The notes under the pieces are model-generated. The model searched no databases, was not told where the DNA came from, and saw only the letters and a program-made list of their open reading frames with translations. This document shows, piece by piece, positions 24,280-36,230 of a stretch of DNA of 64,000 bases. The stretch lies in NCBI GenBank assembly GCA_016748015.1, contig JAAOMT010000705.1:37222-101221 (forward strand), in the 5' to 3' direction. Within the stretch, counting starts at the first letter, position 1. Every line of letters starts with the position of its first letter. Source of the stretch: Geosiphon pyriformis uo1 (Eukaryota; Fungi; Glomeromycota). A program made the position numbers and the translations under genes.

Positions 24280-25225
24280 TTGCTAGAGATTTAACAAGTT
24301 TTATTAATAGTAAGTTTTTTTGTATAATAGCAGGATTGAGATTATTAAGTTTCAAATATTTGAGTTTTTGAATAATCAGGTCTTAAATAATCAGAGTTTT
24401 AATGAGTTTTAATGAGTTTATTAAAGGTAAGTTTTGAATGTTTGAAGTTTTAATAATCGGGTCTTAAATAATCAGAGTTTTAATTTAACAAGTTTTAATG
24501 AGTTTATCAATGGTAATTTTTGAATATTCAGAGTTTTAATAATCAGATTTTGAATAATTGGAGTTTTAATTTAACAAGTTTTTAACAAATTTATTAAAGA
24601 TATGTTTCAAATGTTTGGAGTTTTAATGATTGGGTTTTGAATAATCAAAGTTTTTAATTTAATAAGTTTTAATGAATTTATCAATAGTAATTTTCGAATG
24701 TTAGAGGTTTTAATAATCAGATCTTGAATAATTAGAGTTTTAATTTAACAAGTTTTTAACAAATTTATCAAAAGTAAGTTTCAAATGTTTAAGGTTTTAA
24801 TAATCAGATTTTGAATAATTGGAATTTTTAATTTAACAAATTTTAACAAATTTATTAATAGTAATTTTCAAATGTTTAGGATTTTAATGATTGGGTCTTG
24901 AATAATTAAAGTTTTAATTTAATAAGTTTTGAATGTTCAGGATTTTACTAATCGGATTTTGAATTATCAGAGTTTTTAATTTAATAAGTTTTAACAAATT
25001 TATCAATAGTAATTTTCGAATGTTCGGGGTTTTAATGATTGAGTTTTAAATAATTAGAGTTTTAATTTACTGAGTTTATCAACAGTAATTTTCAAATATT
25101 CGGGGTTTTAATAATTGGGTCTTGAATAATTGAAGTTTTAATTTTTAATAAGTTTATCAAAGATAAGTTTTAAATGTTTGGAGTTTTAATAATTGGGTTT
25201 TGAATAATCAGAGTTTCAATTTAAC
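24280..25225. repeat. Tandem array, ~11-12 units, alternating 86/88-bp variants in the centre
   Basis: TTTAAY anchor at 24484, 24570, 24658, 24744, 24832, 24918 (periods 86, 88, 86, 88, 86). Confidence 0.9.
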
Positions 25226-25402
25226 ATGTTTTTTAAAGATAATACCAAAATACGGATTTCACAAATTCTAAATGATTTTCTTTTGTTTTCTTTTGGTTTG
25301 CCATTTTCCTGCATGGTTGTTGCTGGTGCTGGTTCTCTGTTGAATTATACCTTACAAAGAGCACCAAATATTACAAGTGATTTGTTTTCTGTTAGATTAT
25401 AT

Positions 25403-25420
25403 TTCACAGGAAGCACCAAA
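25403..25420 (-). promoter_or_regulatory. Primer-binding site TTTGGTGCTTCCTGTGAA (second copy at ~25352-25368)
   Basis: Directly abuts the 5' LTR end; begins TGG after a 2-nt spacer. Confidence 0.8.
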
Positions 25421-26468
25421 TGTTATAGATAATTATTTGGAGTCTAAAAACAAATAACAAACCTGTAACTTGGTGTTCAATAGCTGAATTATGTTTAATA
25501 ATCTGAAGATTTTGATTGTCTAAAGATTTTGATAATCTGAAAGTTTTGGTTGAGTTTTTTGTATAATAGACAAAGATTTAATAGTAATATTCTTTGGTAA
25601 TGTTTCTAGTTTCTTCTCAACCTTTGAGTTAGTATGCTTTGTTGTCTATTACTTCCCAGAATTGCAATTCCATCAATTTTTTTTTGGCTTGATGGCCAGT
25701 AATCTCCTAGTAAGCTATCTTCAATCTTGAATGTTTACTCTTATTTCTAAATTTTTTATCAGTACTATATCCTGACATCAGTACCCTATGTATTAATCTT
25801 TTAATCAATTAGTAAATCTATAATAAAACAAAATAAAAAAATAAAAAAATAAAAAAATAAAAAAAATAAAAAAAATAATAAACAGAAAAATAAAGAGATA
25901 AGCCAAAGCAAAAAAAAGTTAGTATTTTGTCAATAGCTATAATCAAGAACTATTGGTTCAAGATAGTTAAGTATTAGATTTTATTAACATAAAGTGTTAT
26001 TAATGGTAAAAATAATTAATATTTTTAATCAAGTAATAATAACATGAATTTGATGATAATGGATAATTTTATTAATAGAAGAATGATTTCACTTTAAGTT
26101 ATAGAAAACTATCTTTTGAAAGAAGAGTATTGTTCTAATTTAATATAACTTCTATTAAATTCTTTAGAAATTCTTGAATTCTTCTGGAATTGCTTTTTTT
26201 GTTTTTAACTCTCTTGCTATATATATATAATTTATGTTATATGAAATTCTTTGAATTCCTCAATTTTCTAGCCAGGAATTCTAAAATTCCTGAAATCTTG
26301 TAATTTTTCAAGAGAAATTTTGGAATTTTGCAATTTTTCATATGAAATTCTGGAATTCTGCAATTTTGCAATTTTTTTAGAAGAATTTTGGAATTTTTCT
26401 ATTACTATATCTATTCTGATTGGCTAATTTATGTACAAATATTTAATTTTTATATTCTATAAGTAACA
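25421..26468 (-). repeat. 5' LTR of non-autonomous element
   Basis: TGTTA...GTAACA termini; adjacent PBS. Confidence 0.9.
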
Positions 26469-26527
26469 ATAACTTTAACTACCAAGAAAAAAAAAATAGG
26501 CAGTATTAATGGATTATTCATAACCAT

Positions 26528-27488
26528 TGTTACAAGTGATATGATGGGATCTCAAATCAAACAACAAACCTGTAACTTGGTGCTCAAAAGCTATTTATGA
26601 CAATATAAATATCTGAAAATATTGGTGTCTGAAGGTTTTGATAGAGTTCTTTGTATAATGAACAGAAATTCAATAGTAATAGTGTTTGCATGTTCAGTTG
26701 TTTCCCAATTTCTTTCTCAGCTTGGTGGCCGGATTTATTCTGGCAGTTGTGCCTTTTTGGTAAGCTAACCAATAATATATATAAATCTATCCTTATTTCT
26801 GGGTCTTTTACCAGGCTATCTATGACGTCAATAACTCAGTACTTTAATTCTTAATTAATTACTATGCAACAATGAAATCAAAGAAAAAAAGAAAATAAAG
26901 TTAAAGAAAATAAAAGAAGTAAAGAAATAAGCCAAGGCAATTTGCAAGTTAGTATTCTGTCAATAGCTGTGATCAAATACTCAATGCTAATTTTTTTAAT
27001 CAATTAGTAAACAACAAAAAAATAAAACAAAAAAAAAAATAAAAATAAGAAAAAAATAATAATTAATATCCCATTAATAGCCATAAAAAAAGCTATTAAT
27101 TTATGTAATTAAGTATTGGATTCTATTAACATAAAGTATTAATAGTATAAAAATAATTAATATTTTTTAATCAATTAATAATAACATAAATTAGATAATA
27201 ATTAAATATTTTATTAATATTGATATAATTTTACTTTAAGTTATAGAAAACTATTTTTTGAAAAAAGAAGTAAAAATAAGTAGTTATTACTAGTTACTAT
27301 TCTATTTGAATCAAATAAATATTTTTTTGCTTTTAATACTCTTACTATATATATATAATTTGTATTATATGAAATTTTTTAGCATCTTGCAATTCTCTAA
27401 AAAAATTCTGGAATTTTCTTTTTTATTATACTTATTTCTAATTGGCTATTTTATTTATTATTATAATTCTTAATTTCTATAAATAATA
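26528..27488 (-). mobile_element. LTR of a sister family (probably a 3' LTR whose internal part is displaced by LINE-C, or a solo LTR)
   Basis: Starts TGTTACAAGTG; shares acctgtaacttggtgct, ttaagttatagaaaacta, TATA and ATTGG blocks with neighbouring LTRs; ends TAATA. Confidence 0.8.
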
Positions 27489-27629
27489 TTACTTTTTTTA
27501 TTTTTTTTATTTGCTTAATAAGTGAGATTCAAACACTACCTAGAACAATATATCAACCAAATAATCTAAACTAGGTGTGAATCATGTATTTTCTACATAT
27601 GACCAGCCACTCAGGCTAATCAAAACAAC

Positions 27630-30600
27630 ACAAATTGTTTATATAAACTGATACCACTTGACATAAATCTGAAAAAAACTTACAAGATTTATAAAAACTA
27701 AAACTAAATCCTAAAGCATTAGTAATACCCAATAAATTAATTATGCCAGCAGAAAGAACCAAAGAAAGCTCAGATACTGAGTCTGAAACCGACTTATCAT
27801 GTGGAATAAGACCATTTTTTTTATAAAAACTTGGTATTTAACATGAGTCAACCAAACCTTCTTTCTAAATGTAAAACTAAACTTGTGCATGAAGTCTGCA
27901 ATTTTTTGACCTGTAATTTTGGGATTTTTGAAAACAGAAAAAAATTCTTGATACCAATTATTAAGAACAAAACCCTTGTATAGAACCATATACATAGCAA
28001 TATCAGAAGTGCAAGAACTCAAACACTATAAAACACATGAAAACAAACTAGACAAACCAAAAAACACTCTTCAATTAGCTGTATAGGCATCCAACAACTA
28101 TACATGAGCACCAGAATTAAACAAGCAAAAAAAAGTGTAGTCAGAAACCTCAATATTCCCATAAAAGAAACACAATGCACTCAAATAATTATTGACATAC
28201 AAACACTTATGAATAGTGACAGGGAGTCAGTAATGTAAAGCTTTCATAAAATATGTGCAAGCACTAGTAGTGTCTTTACTAGTAAAGCTGGTGGCCATAT
28301 GTGAATCAGAATGTTACACCAAAGATAATCTAAACCATTTAATGTCTACATGCAATCTGCTTATCACAATCCAAGAACCAAAGCCAACTTCTTAGCACAT
28401 TTGACAAACAGATTGGACAAAATGCCTAGAATTACCAGAGACTACACTACTACCAACTCTGATAAAATGTTTCTTGATCTAATAAGAGAAATACTGACCA
28501 AAGAAGAAAGCAGATCCTGCCAAAGCATTAATGGTTTCATTGCCTGAAACACCTAAATGTCTCTTTACTTTGTGCCAGCTGACCTTCAAATACTTATCAT
28601 AAATGACTCTCACAATATGGTGATATTCAACCCAGTATTGATTCCAAAAATCCAGATGCAACAAACTCAATTCAGACTTGTAAGCATCCAAAGCAGCTTA
28701 ACTGTCTAAAAAAAAATGAACTAAACTAGAAGGCAGAACACACTTAAGTGTTAGAACAATAGTTTGCAATTTTATTATTGTTGAAGACACCAAATCTAAA
28801 ACTCCAACACCCAGGCCCAAATTGATATTCTCAAAAAAAACAGCTGCACTAGTTTTCATATTAGCAATTCTCAAACTGCATAGAGATCCATCCATATAAA
28901 CAGAAAAAGAACCAGCACTAACACCCAACAAATAGTCATAAATGATCCTAAAATTATCAGATTCAAGAATGTTTAATAAACCTACACTCCCTAGAAGAAG
29001 AAAGCTAGTAGAAAAAGGAGCTGAACTATTAAGAAAATGAATAAAAAGGTTAAACCAGTCAGGAACAGGACTATATGGGCTCAATCTTTTCTAATGCTTA
29101 AATGTTTTCCAATCAAAAATTTCACCATTCTAGTTACAAAGCTGTTCTGCAAAAGCAATTCCATACTGCTAAAATGAAAAAGCACATTTATAAAATTTTA
29201 ACACATCAAGAACAAGTAATATAGAAGTTCTATTTCGAAAACAAAAAGCATTGGTTATAAAACCACCCAAAGACAGATTACACTCCAGAAAAATACAGCT
29301 ATGTTAGCTAAAAAATTGTTCAAAGGATTGATATTCACACAAACCAAAGACATCAAAGGGTAACATAGAAGCCAGCTAAGAACCTAAAAATTATGTGACT
29401 TATGTGCAAACAAATAGCCCAAAATCCCGGTTGAATTAGCAAAGCAAACTATGAAAGCCAACTTGTCCTTAGCCTGAATTTGTTCAAAAGACTTCAAACC
29501 ATAGAGAAAAGAGTAATGAAGCACATTGTTGAGAAAATTACAAAGAAAACCAGATTTGAACTTCAAACCCTTGTGAATCAAAGTATCCCACTTATTATAC
29601 AAACTAACAGGAATGTAATTGAACTGAGTTTTGTAACCAATAATTAGATAAAAAACCACTAAAACCAAATACAAAAATTGTTTGTCAGAGACTGTCTTCT
29701 TTAAAACCAAATTGGTAAAGAACCAGACATTTAAATGTGCTTTAGTCAAGCTAGGCTTTGACAAGCCCTTAGAAGACAAAAATATATCCAAATAGCAATG
29801 AAATTCCCTCTGTTTGGTAATAGAAATAAGTGCTCCACTGACTAACAAAGAAAGATTTGTAACTCTGTAGTTGATAGGGATTGCCACAGTCTTATTATTA
29901 TTTATAGAAATGTTATTGATTTTAAAAAACCCACTGGCAATATTAAGAATATGTTATACAGCAGTCTGACTATTACCAACCCAAATCATGTCATTAACAA
30001 AAGCACCAGCAGCTAAAAACAAGATTAGCCCAGCCTAAAATTCTACATGCCCAGTTCTTAAAACAAAATGAGAATTCAACTTATAACTACACAAACTCTA
30101 CTGTTTTTTGACTTTATACAGAAGTAAATCATAAAATATGCACCAAAAAAAAGATGAAAAAACTTCTCCCTGATCCAACTTATCATGAACTTAATATCAA
30201 TCAATTAGACCAAAATCAGTTATAACCCAGTTAACATAATTATTATGAATGCTACCAAAAAATTTAATAAACCTGTTGCACATTTTGATCTGAACCAAAC
30301 TCTTCTTAAAATTCTTCCATTCAACAAAATCATAAGTCTTACACATGTCTTGCAAAACCAGCCACAATTTTTGGTTCTTTTTTAAGGCATCTTCAATCAT
30401 TGAACCAATAACAAAAATGGGAGACTGTATAGTTATACTTTTTAAAACAGAAAAATTGTCACCTCTAAGAACATCAAATTTGCTGTAAGCCAAAAAAATC
30501 CTGTCTAAAAGAATTTTAGAAAAAATTTTGCAAGCTGTTTTGATTAAGGCAATGGGACAGATATTCATAAGAACACTCTCTTATTCATATGGTTTTAGAA

Positions 30601-32305
30601 TCATTAAAACCCAAGTCTTTTTTCAAGAAAAGGAGACCAATTTATATGTCAAACTAAAGTTCAAAAGCACTAGCAGCATGTCCAAAACTGACTTATTGCA
30701 ATGTTTTCACAACTTATTAGAAATGCTAAAAAGGCCAGCAGCTTTTCTACCAGGCAGATTTGTGATAATGCTAAGCATTTTGTCAAAACCAATTGGAATC
30801 ATTACCTCAGAAAAAGCACTATCAAAGATATAACTCAATAGTTGGTATTGACAAGACCAGTCATTAAATACATTAGAAACTATCTTATGCTTATAAGTTC
30901 AGTATTTTATAATCTTATCAACCTTAATCCTAATCTTATCAGGCTCTAAAACCAGTTCTTTATCCACTACAAAATGGTCCAAAACAACTTTGCAAAAAAG
31001 ATGTTCTAGTATATTCCTAATAATATAATCTTTATCTAACTTGAAACTCTTTATCCTCTTATTAATAGCCAACTTGATCTGAGATTTCTTTGTGTGCTTA
31101 GATTTAGACAGTTTAAAAATGCAATAAGATTTTTTAACCTTAGCCAAAGCTGATCTAATATCATTAAAACAAAATTCAGAACTAATAAGCAACTTCACAA
31201 TAGCTGCATTAACAGTATCAATGTTCTTCTATTTAACAAACAAAGAATTAAACTTATTACAAAAAACCAATCCAGAGACTTTAAAAATTCTAGAAACCAA
31301 AAGTTTGAGCTTGTAAAACCTAGACAATTTCATAGTAAAGACACAGCCATAGTCTTTAAACCAATTTTTTTTAAAGATCTTTCTAACCAATAGGTTTATC
31401 ATTTTATAGATAGTATTCCACATTACATTCAAGTCTATAAACTTCTTAACTTCCATGAAATCTTCAGAAAACATAACAGCATTAGCCACTGAAACTTTCT
31501 TAAAACTAGTCTATTTGGCACAATCTACATTTTTAAAGTCAAATTTCCAACAATCCTTGTTCACTTGCTTGCGAAAAAAGTTCAGCTGCACATCCAACAG
31601 TCTACCCAAGCCCAAAGACACAGAAACAGCCTTGTAATCTGTATTAAAATAGTTTTCAACATTGGTTACACTATGACCTACCACTGTGTTGATCAAATTT
31701 AAGGAAAAAAACACATAGTCAATTGTTTTAACCACACCTTGAGAATTGTTTCAAGTCAGTACCTTTGTAAATAAGCTCTCATCCAAAAAGTTGACCAAAC
31801 TCAAATCAAGGCATTTTTTGAAACTGGCACATTTGGTAAAACCATCTTCATTGAAATTACCACCCAAAACAACAAAAGAAGATTCATTAACTGTCTTTGC
31901 AATCATGAAATTAATATCATTAACCTAAGAAAACCAAACAGCCAGAGATGCTCCAGCATAAAGCCCCAAAATTAACACAGAAAGTTTGTTCTTAAAAAGC
32001 AGCTTAATAGATAGGAGCTGACCAGACACCTCAGAAACTTTGCACATGTGTCTTGCTAAAGAAAAGTTCAAGACAATCACAACACTAGCTTCCAAATAAC
32101 CAAATTCCAAACCAGAAGTAAACACTCATATGCCATCAAATTTGTTGACAATTCAGAGATGAAACTTCTTCTTTAGCTTTAATTCTGTAAAAATTGAAAT
32201 TAAATTGCCTATATCTTTGTGCCAATAAATAATATTATCCTGTTTCATAGAATTGTTCATTCTTCTAATATTACAAGTGGCAATTTTCTAAATTAGATCA
32301 CTTAT
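27630..32305 (-). pseudogene. LINE-C ORF2 (APE-RT-RNase H)
   Basis: TIDYVF...TDYKAV, PIALIKT...LQDMCKTYD, VYMDGSL, WHKVKRHLGVSGNE fragments in the ORF track. Confidence 0.9.
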
Positions 32306-34099
32306 TGAGAAGTGGGTAGAGAAATTATACCACCAGCCAAAACCAAGCCATCAAGATGAACTGACAAATTTAACACTAAGGCAGAAAGACCTTCCAGCAT
32401 AGTTTCAAACTTGACAGCCTCAAGAGAGGTAGACAAACCCAAAATCTCCACAGTCTTGTTACTAGTAACTTTATCCAAACTTTTTCTCATTACTATATTA
32501 TCTATATGATTCTGTGATGAGGAGGTTACCAGTAGCTAACATCCAGAACTAGGCTGAAAAATGGCCAGCCCAAGTGAATTCAACCTCTTAGCCAACTTAC
32601 CAATTTGTTCTGTAAGATTGGCAAGACTGTGTTCCAAAATTGTAAACCTTGCTTTAATGCTGTCTATAGTTAAAGGAGCAGGTTTCATCTCTAAAGAAGA
32701 GCCAGAGCTCAAAAAGCCATTGTGCACATAGAAAAAAGGAGAAAAAAATTTACTAACAACCTTCACCCAAAAGATATCACCAAAGAGACTGGGCAAGCAA
32801 TAGAAGCTGAATATTTAATATAAATAGCAGCCAATCTGCTTTTATTAATATTAGAAAAAACTTTGTATAGAGGATTACTAAAGAGAAGTTTCTTACTAGT
32901 GGTACAATTTAATAACATATAACTTGAGTTCTCACACTTGGCATACTTAGCCAAAACCAAATGAGACCAATGAAGATGTGTGCTCTTCAACACTAGAGTA
33001 GTATCTATAATGGCATCTAATAATTTAGCTGAATTAAAACAAACAACAGCACATTTGGCCTGAGCATAAATAATAGGATAATAATCAATTGTACAAGTTT
33101 TTCTACTTACAGAACCAATAAAATCTCAGATGTCATGAGCATTTGTACCTATTGAAAGAATATAGAGCAGTGCTCTATGATAATCCCTCATGTCCTATGT
33201 CTCCTTATTTAAATCTAATCTAACCACATGCACTACATCTTTTTTAATCAAAATAAACTATCTAGCTGTAACCAAATCAGCCTGATCTGATTGGTCAAAT
33301 TCAATCATAGTCTTTTGTCATAATCTCACCAACTGCATCTTAATTGACTTAATTAAACCAAATTCAGACAGTACAGCATGCACAGCCCCAACAGATGTAC
33401 CAACAGAAATTTTTTTCAATATTACAGTCTAATTTGAACACTCAGATGATTTCTTGAAATCAGTATTCACCAAGATATTTGTATTAGCAGTTTTTTTGAT
33501 GGCTTTTGCCAAACCCAATTCGAAAGTAAACATTGCTTTAATAATTTTAGAAAATTTTGAAGGAGTAAAGGCCTCTTCAAAACTATTGATTCCTAAAAAC
33601 AACTTCCTAATCACAACACATTTATTCAAAAAAGTTTTGCTAACCATCTTATCCAATCCAATATCCAATGTGAAAGATTTTTTAATAGAAACATTGACTA
33701 AATTTTTCAAGAGAAAGGGAAGTTTCAAAGAAACATATAAGAGAACATTATTATCATTATTATGACCTAAGAAATCTATTGTCCCTAATGGCTTGTTTAA
33801 AGCTTTTCTGGTTTTAATACCTAATCCTTTAAGCATTTGATTAGAATTTCCATTAACAAAAACACTATTTTCACCATAGTCAAAACTGGTTTTCTCTATC
33901 AGACACTCTTCTTCCATATTAATGCTATTAAACTCAGTAGTGTCACCAGTCTCAGAACTCTATAAATGATCACTTGGCATCTTAGTAGATTTATTTTTGT
34001 TCTTAGTACTCTTTTTTAAAGCACCACTTTTCTTCTTTTTCTTTAGCAAAACAGATCTAAAACTCCTACCAAAGCCAGAATTTTTAACAATTTTTTCAT
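32302..34099 (-). pseudogene. LINE-C ORF1
   Basis: Fragments 33429, 32763, 32536 and 32302 are homologous to LINE-A ORF1 (LHWSHL..AK.AKC, FGD..W.KV, ...PTSQ end). Confidence 0.8.
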
Positions 34100-34259
34100 G
34101 ATGGCAATACTAGGATTGACAATGGCCTCGAAATTAAAAAACAGTTTGGTTTTATTATATTGAATAGTGAAAAAACTTCTTTCAAAAAAACTTTTGACTC
34201 TTTTTTGGGAATTTTGGAATGAGTAAAAAATAGAAGTTTTTTATTTTAATTTAAATATA

Positions 34260-35358
34260 ATATTACTAACACTTAGAAAAAGTATTTTATATGTTTTTTT
34301 CTTAAGTCTTTCTTAAAAAGTTTTTATCTTTTTATAAGTAATTATTTATGCTTTTATCAAAATATTTAGAATTGTTTTTATTGTAAAATGTTTTTATAAT
34401 TAAATTTAGTTATTTTTTTAAAGAGCATTGTTTTGATATTTGTTTTAATAAGTAATATTGTTATATATTTATAAAATTAATAAAAAAATTCATAACTAGT
34501 TATATCATAATTTATTGTTTTATAAATAAAGAAAGTTAAAAATAATATTTTGTTTTATAAGTTTATTTCTTTTACTGGTTTTTGCTAAAATTTTACAAAA
34601 TATTTAGCTAAAATATTCTACTAATTTATTGGTCAATAGATAATAAAAAGAAAATTTGTAATATTCCAAGTTTTTTTAATAATTTTTTCACTAATAAACT
34701 AAGAAAATTTTTTTTTATTTAAAAATAATTCTGGCAATTGAAATGGCTATTTGGTTTGGTATAATATTAATTTCTACTTATTTTGTTAAATAGTCAGTTG
34801 TTATTATAATATATCTATTTTTATTAAGAGTTATTATTAAAAATTTAACAATAGTAATTTTAATTCTGTTAAAAAATTGACCAACAAATATGAAATAAAT
34901 GTTTTTTTTGATTAGAGTTTTTTTTTTGACAAATATCTCAAATTTTAATGTATTTTATTATATTTTTCTCTAATGTTAGCCAGTAATATCTTGTTAATAT
35001 TTTAAATAGTTTTTATTTTTCTGAAATGTTTTGCTAAAGATTAATATATATATTATATATTATAATTTTTTTTCTTAAATTAGATAATTTTTTGTGAACA
35101 ATCAAAGTCTTTTTAGTTTTTTTAATATAATTAATTTTGGTTATTCAAATAAAATTTTACTTATTTTTACAAATATTTTTTTTATTGTTAATTATATTCT
35201 AATAAGTATTATTTTTTATTCAAAATTTAAATTAGTGCTAAATAATTTCTCAAGTTTATTTGTTAATTGTTGATTTTAAACAATTAATTAATAATTAATT
35301 TAATTGGTTTTTACTTAATAATTAGTTAAGATAAAGTATTTGTATTTTAATTGCTTAT
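34260..35358 (-). pseudogene. Integrase of Gypsy-4 (host of Gypsy-3)
   Basis: ITIVKFLIITLNKNRYIIITTDYLTK*VE corresponds to GIDIVGPL..T..GNRYI...TDYLTKWAE. Confidence 0.75.
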
Positions 35359-36230
35359 TATTACAGATAAAAAAATTAGGGTATTGGTTTTAATAATTAA
35401 AATCTGTTATTCAGTACTAATAAATTAATAATAATAAAATTTTAAATATTTTTGTAATTAAAAATTTAGGTTTTTAGTTTTTTATATAATAAACAGAAAT
35501 TTAATTTATATTGTCTTTTCAAATTTTTTTTTAATATAAAAACCATTTTAATTTGGCAATTGTATTTTTTTAATAAGCTATCTTTAAGTTTTTACTTTTG
35601 TTTCACAAAATTTTTACTAAGTTATTTTTAATATTAATAATCTTAATGCTTAATTTTTTAATTAATTAGTATAACAAAACACAATTAATAACATAAAATA
35701 AAATAAAACCAATAAAAAAAAATTAATATCTTATTAATATTCATAATTAAGAATAATTGTTTCTGTGTGATTAAATATTAAATGCTAATATATAAGAGTG
35801 ATAAGTATTTAATTAAACAACCATAATGGCATATATGATAAAGTATATAATATGTTTATTAAAATAAGTATGATTTTATTTTAAGTTATAAAAAAATAAC
35901 TTTTAAAATAAAATAATGAATGAAATTTAAATTAGAAATTTTATTTTTAACTACTTGTCTGTTTTTTTTTAATGCTACTGCTATATATATAATTTTTATT
36001 GTACAAAATTTTTTGAAATTTTTTGAAATTTCTTATATAGTATTCTAGAATTCTGAAATTCTGCAATTCTTATTAAATAAATTTCTAAAATTTCTAAAAT
36101 TTTGGAATTCTGTAATTTTTGTTAAGTGGCTTTTTAAAAGTAAAAAAAATTCTGTAATTTTTTTTTCTATCCCTATTTTTTATTGGCTATTTTATTTAGT
36201 TATTATTCCTTTTAATTTATATAAATAATA
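35359..36230 (-). repeat. 3' LTR of Gypsy-3
   Basis: Direct repeat of 43818-44737. Confidence 0.85.

Larger units (their letters stand above)
22595..26468 (-). mobile_element. Non-autonomous (internally deleted) LTR retroelement with two ~1 kb LTRs, PBS, tandem array, dUTPase stub and PPT
   Basis: Direct repeats 22595-23575 and 25421-26468 (TGTTA...TAACA), PBS at 25411-25420, purine tract at 23576-23590 (minus strand); no RT or IN inside. Confidence 0.9.
27491..34240 (-). mobile_element. Apparently full-length LINE-C, same clade as LINE-A with a different 5' UTR and ORF1 N-terminus
   Basis: A-tail at 27491-27510, conserved 3' UTR, complete run of ORF2 fragments, ORF1 start MKKIVKNSGFG at 34099; 5' boundary approximate. 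Confidence 0.9.

Noticed and set aside
24280-25225. CRISPR-like array
   Set aside because: Whole units repeat with no unique spacers, there are no cas genes, and the context is a eukaryotic LTR element
10395-33765. Numerous short ORFs antisense to the LINEs (e.g. 10395, 11307, 12660, 15865, 18148, 30528, 33454)
   Set aside because: Shadow frames of decayed ORF1/ORF2 with no independent motifs
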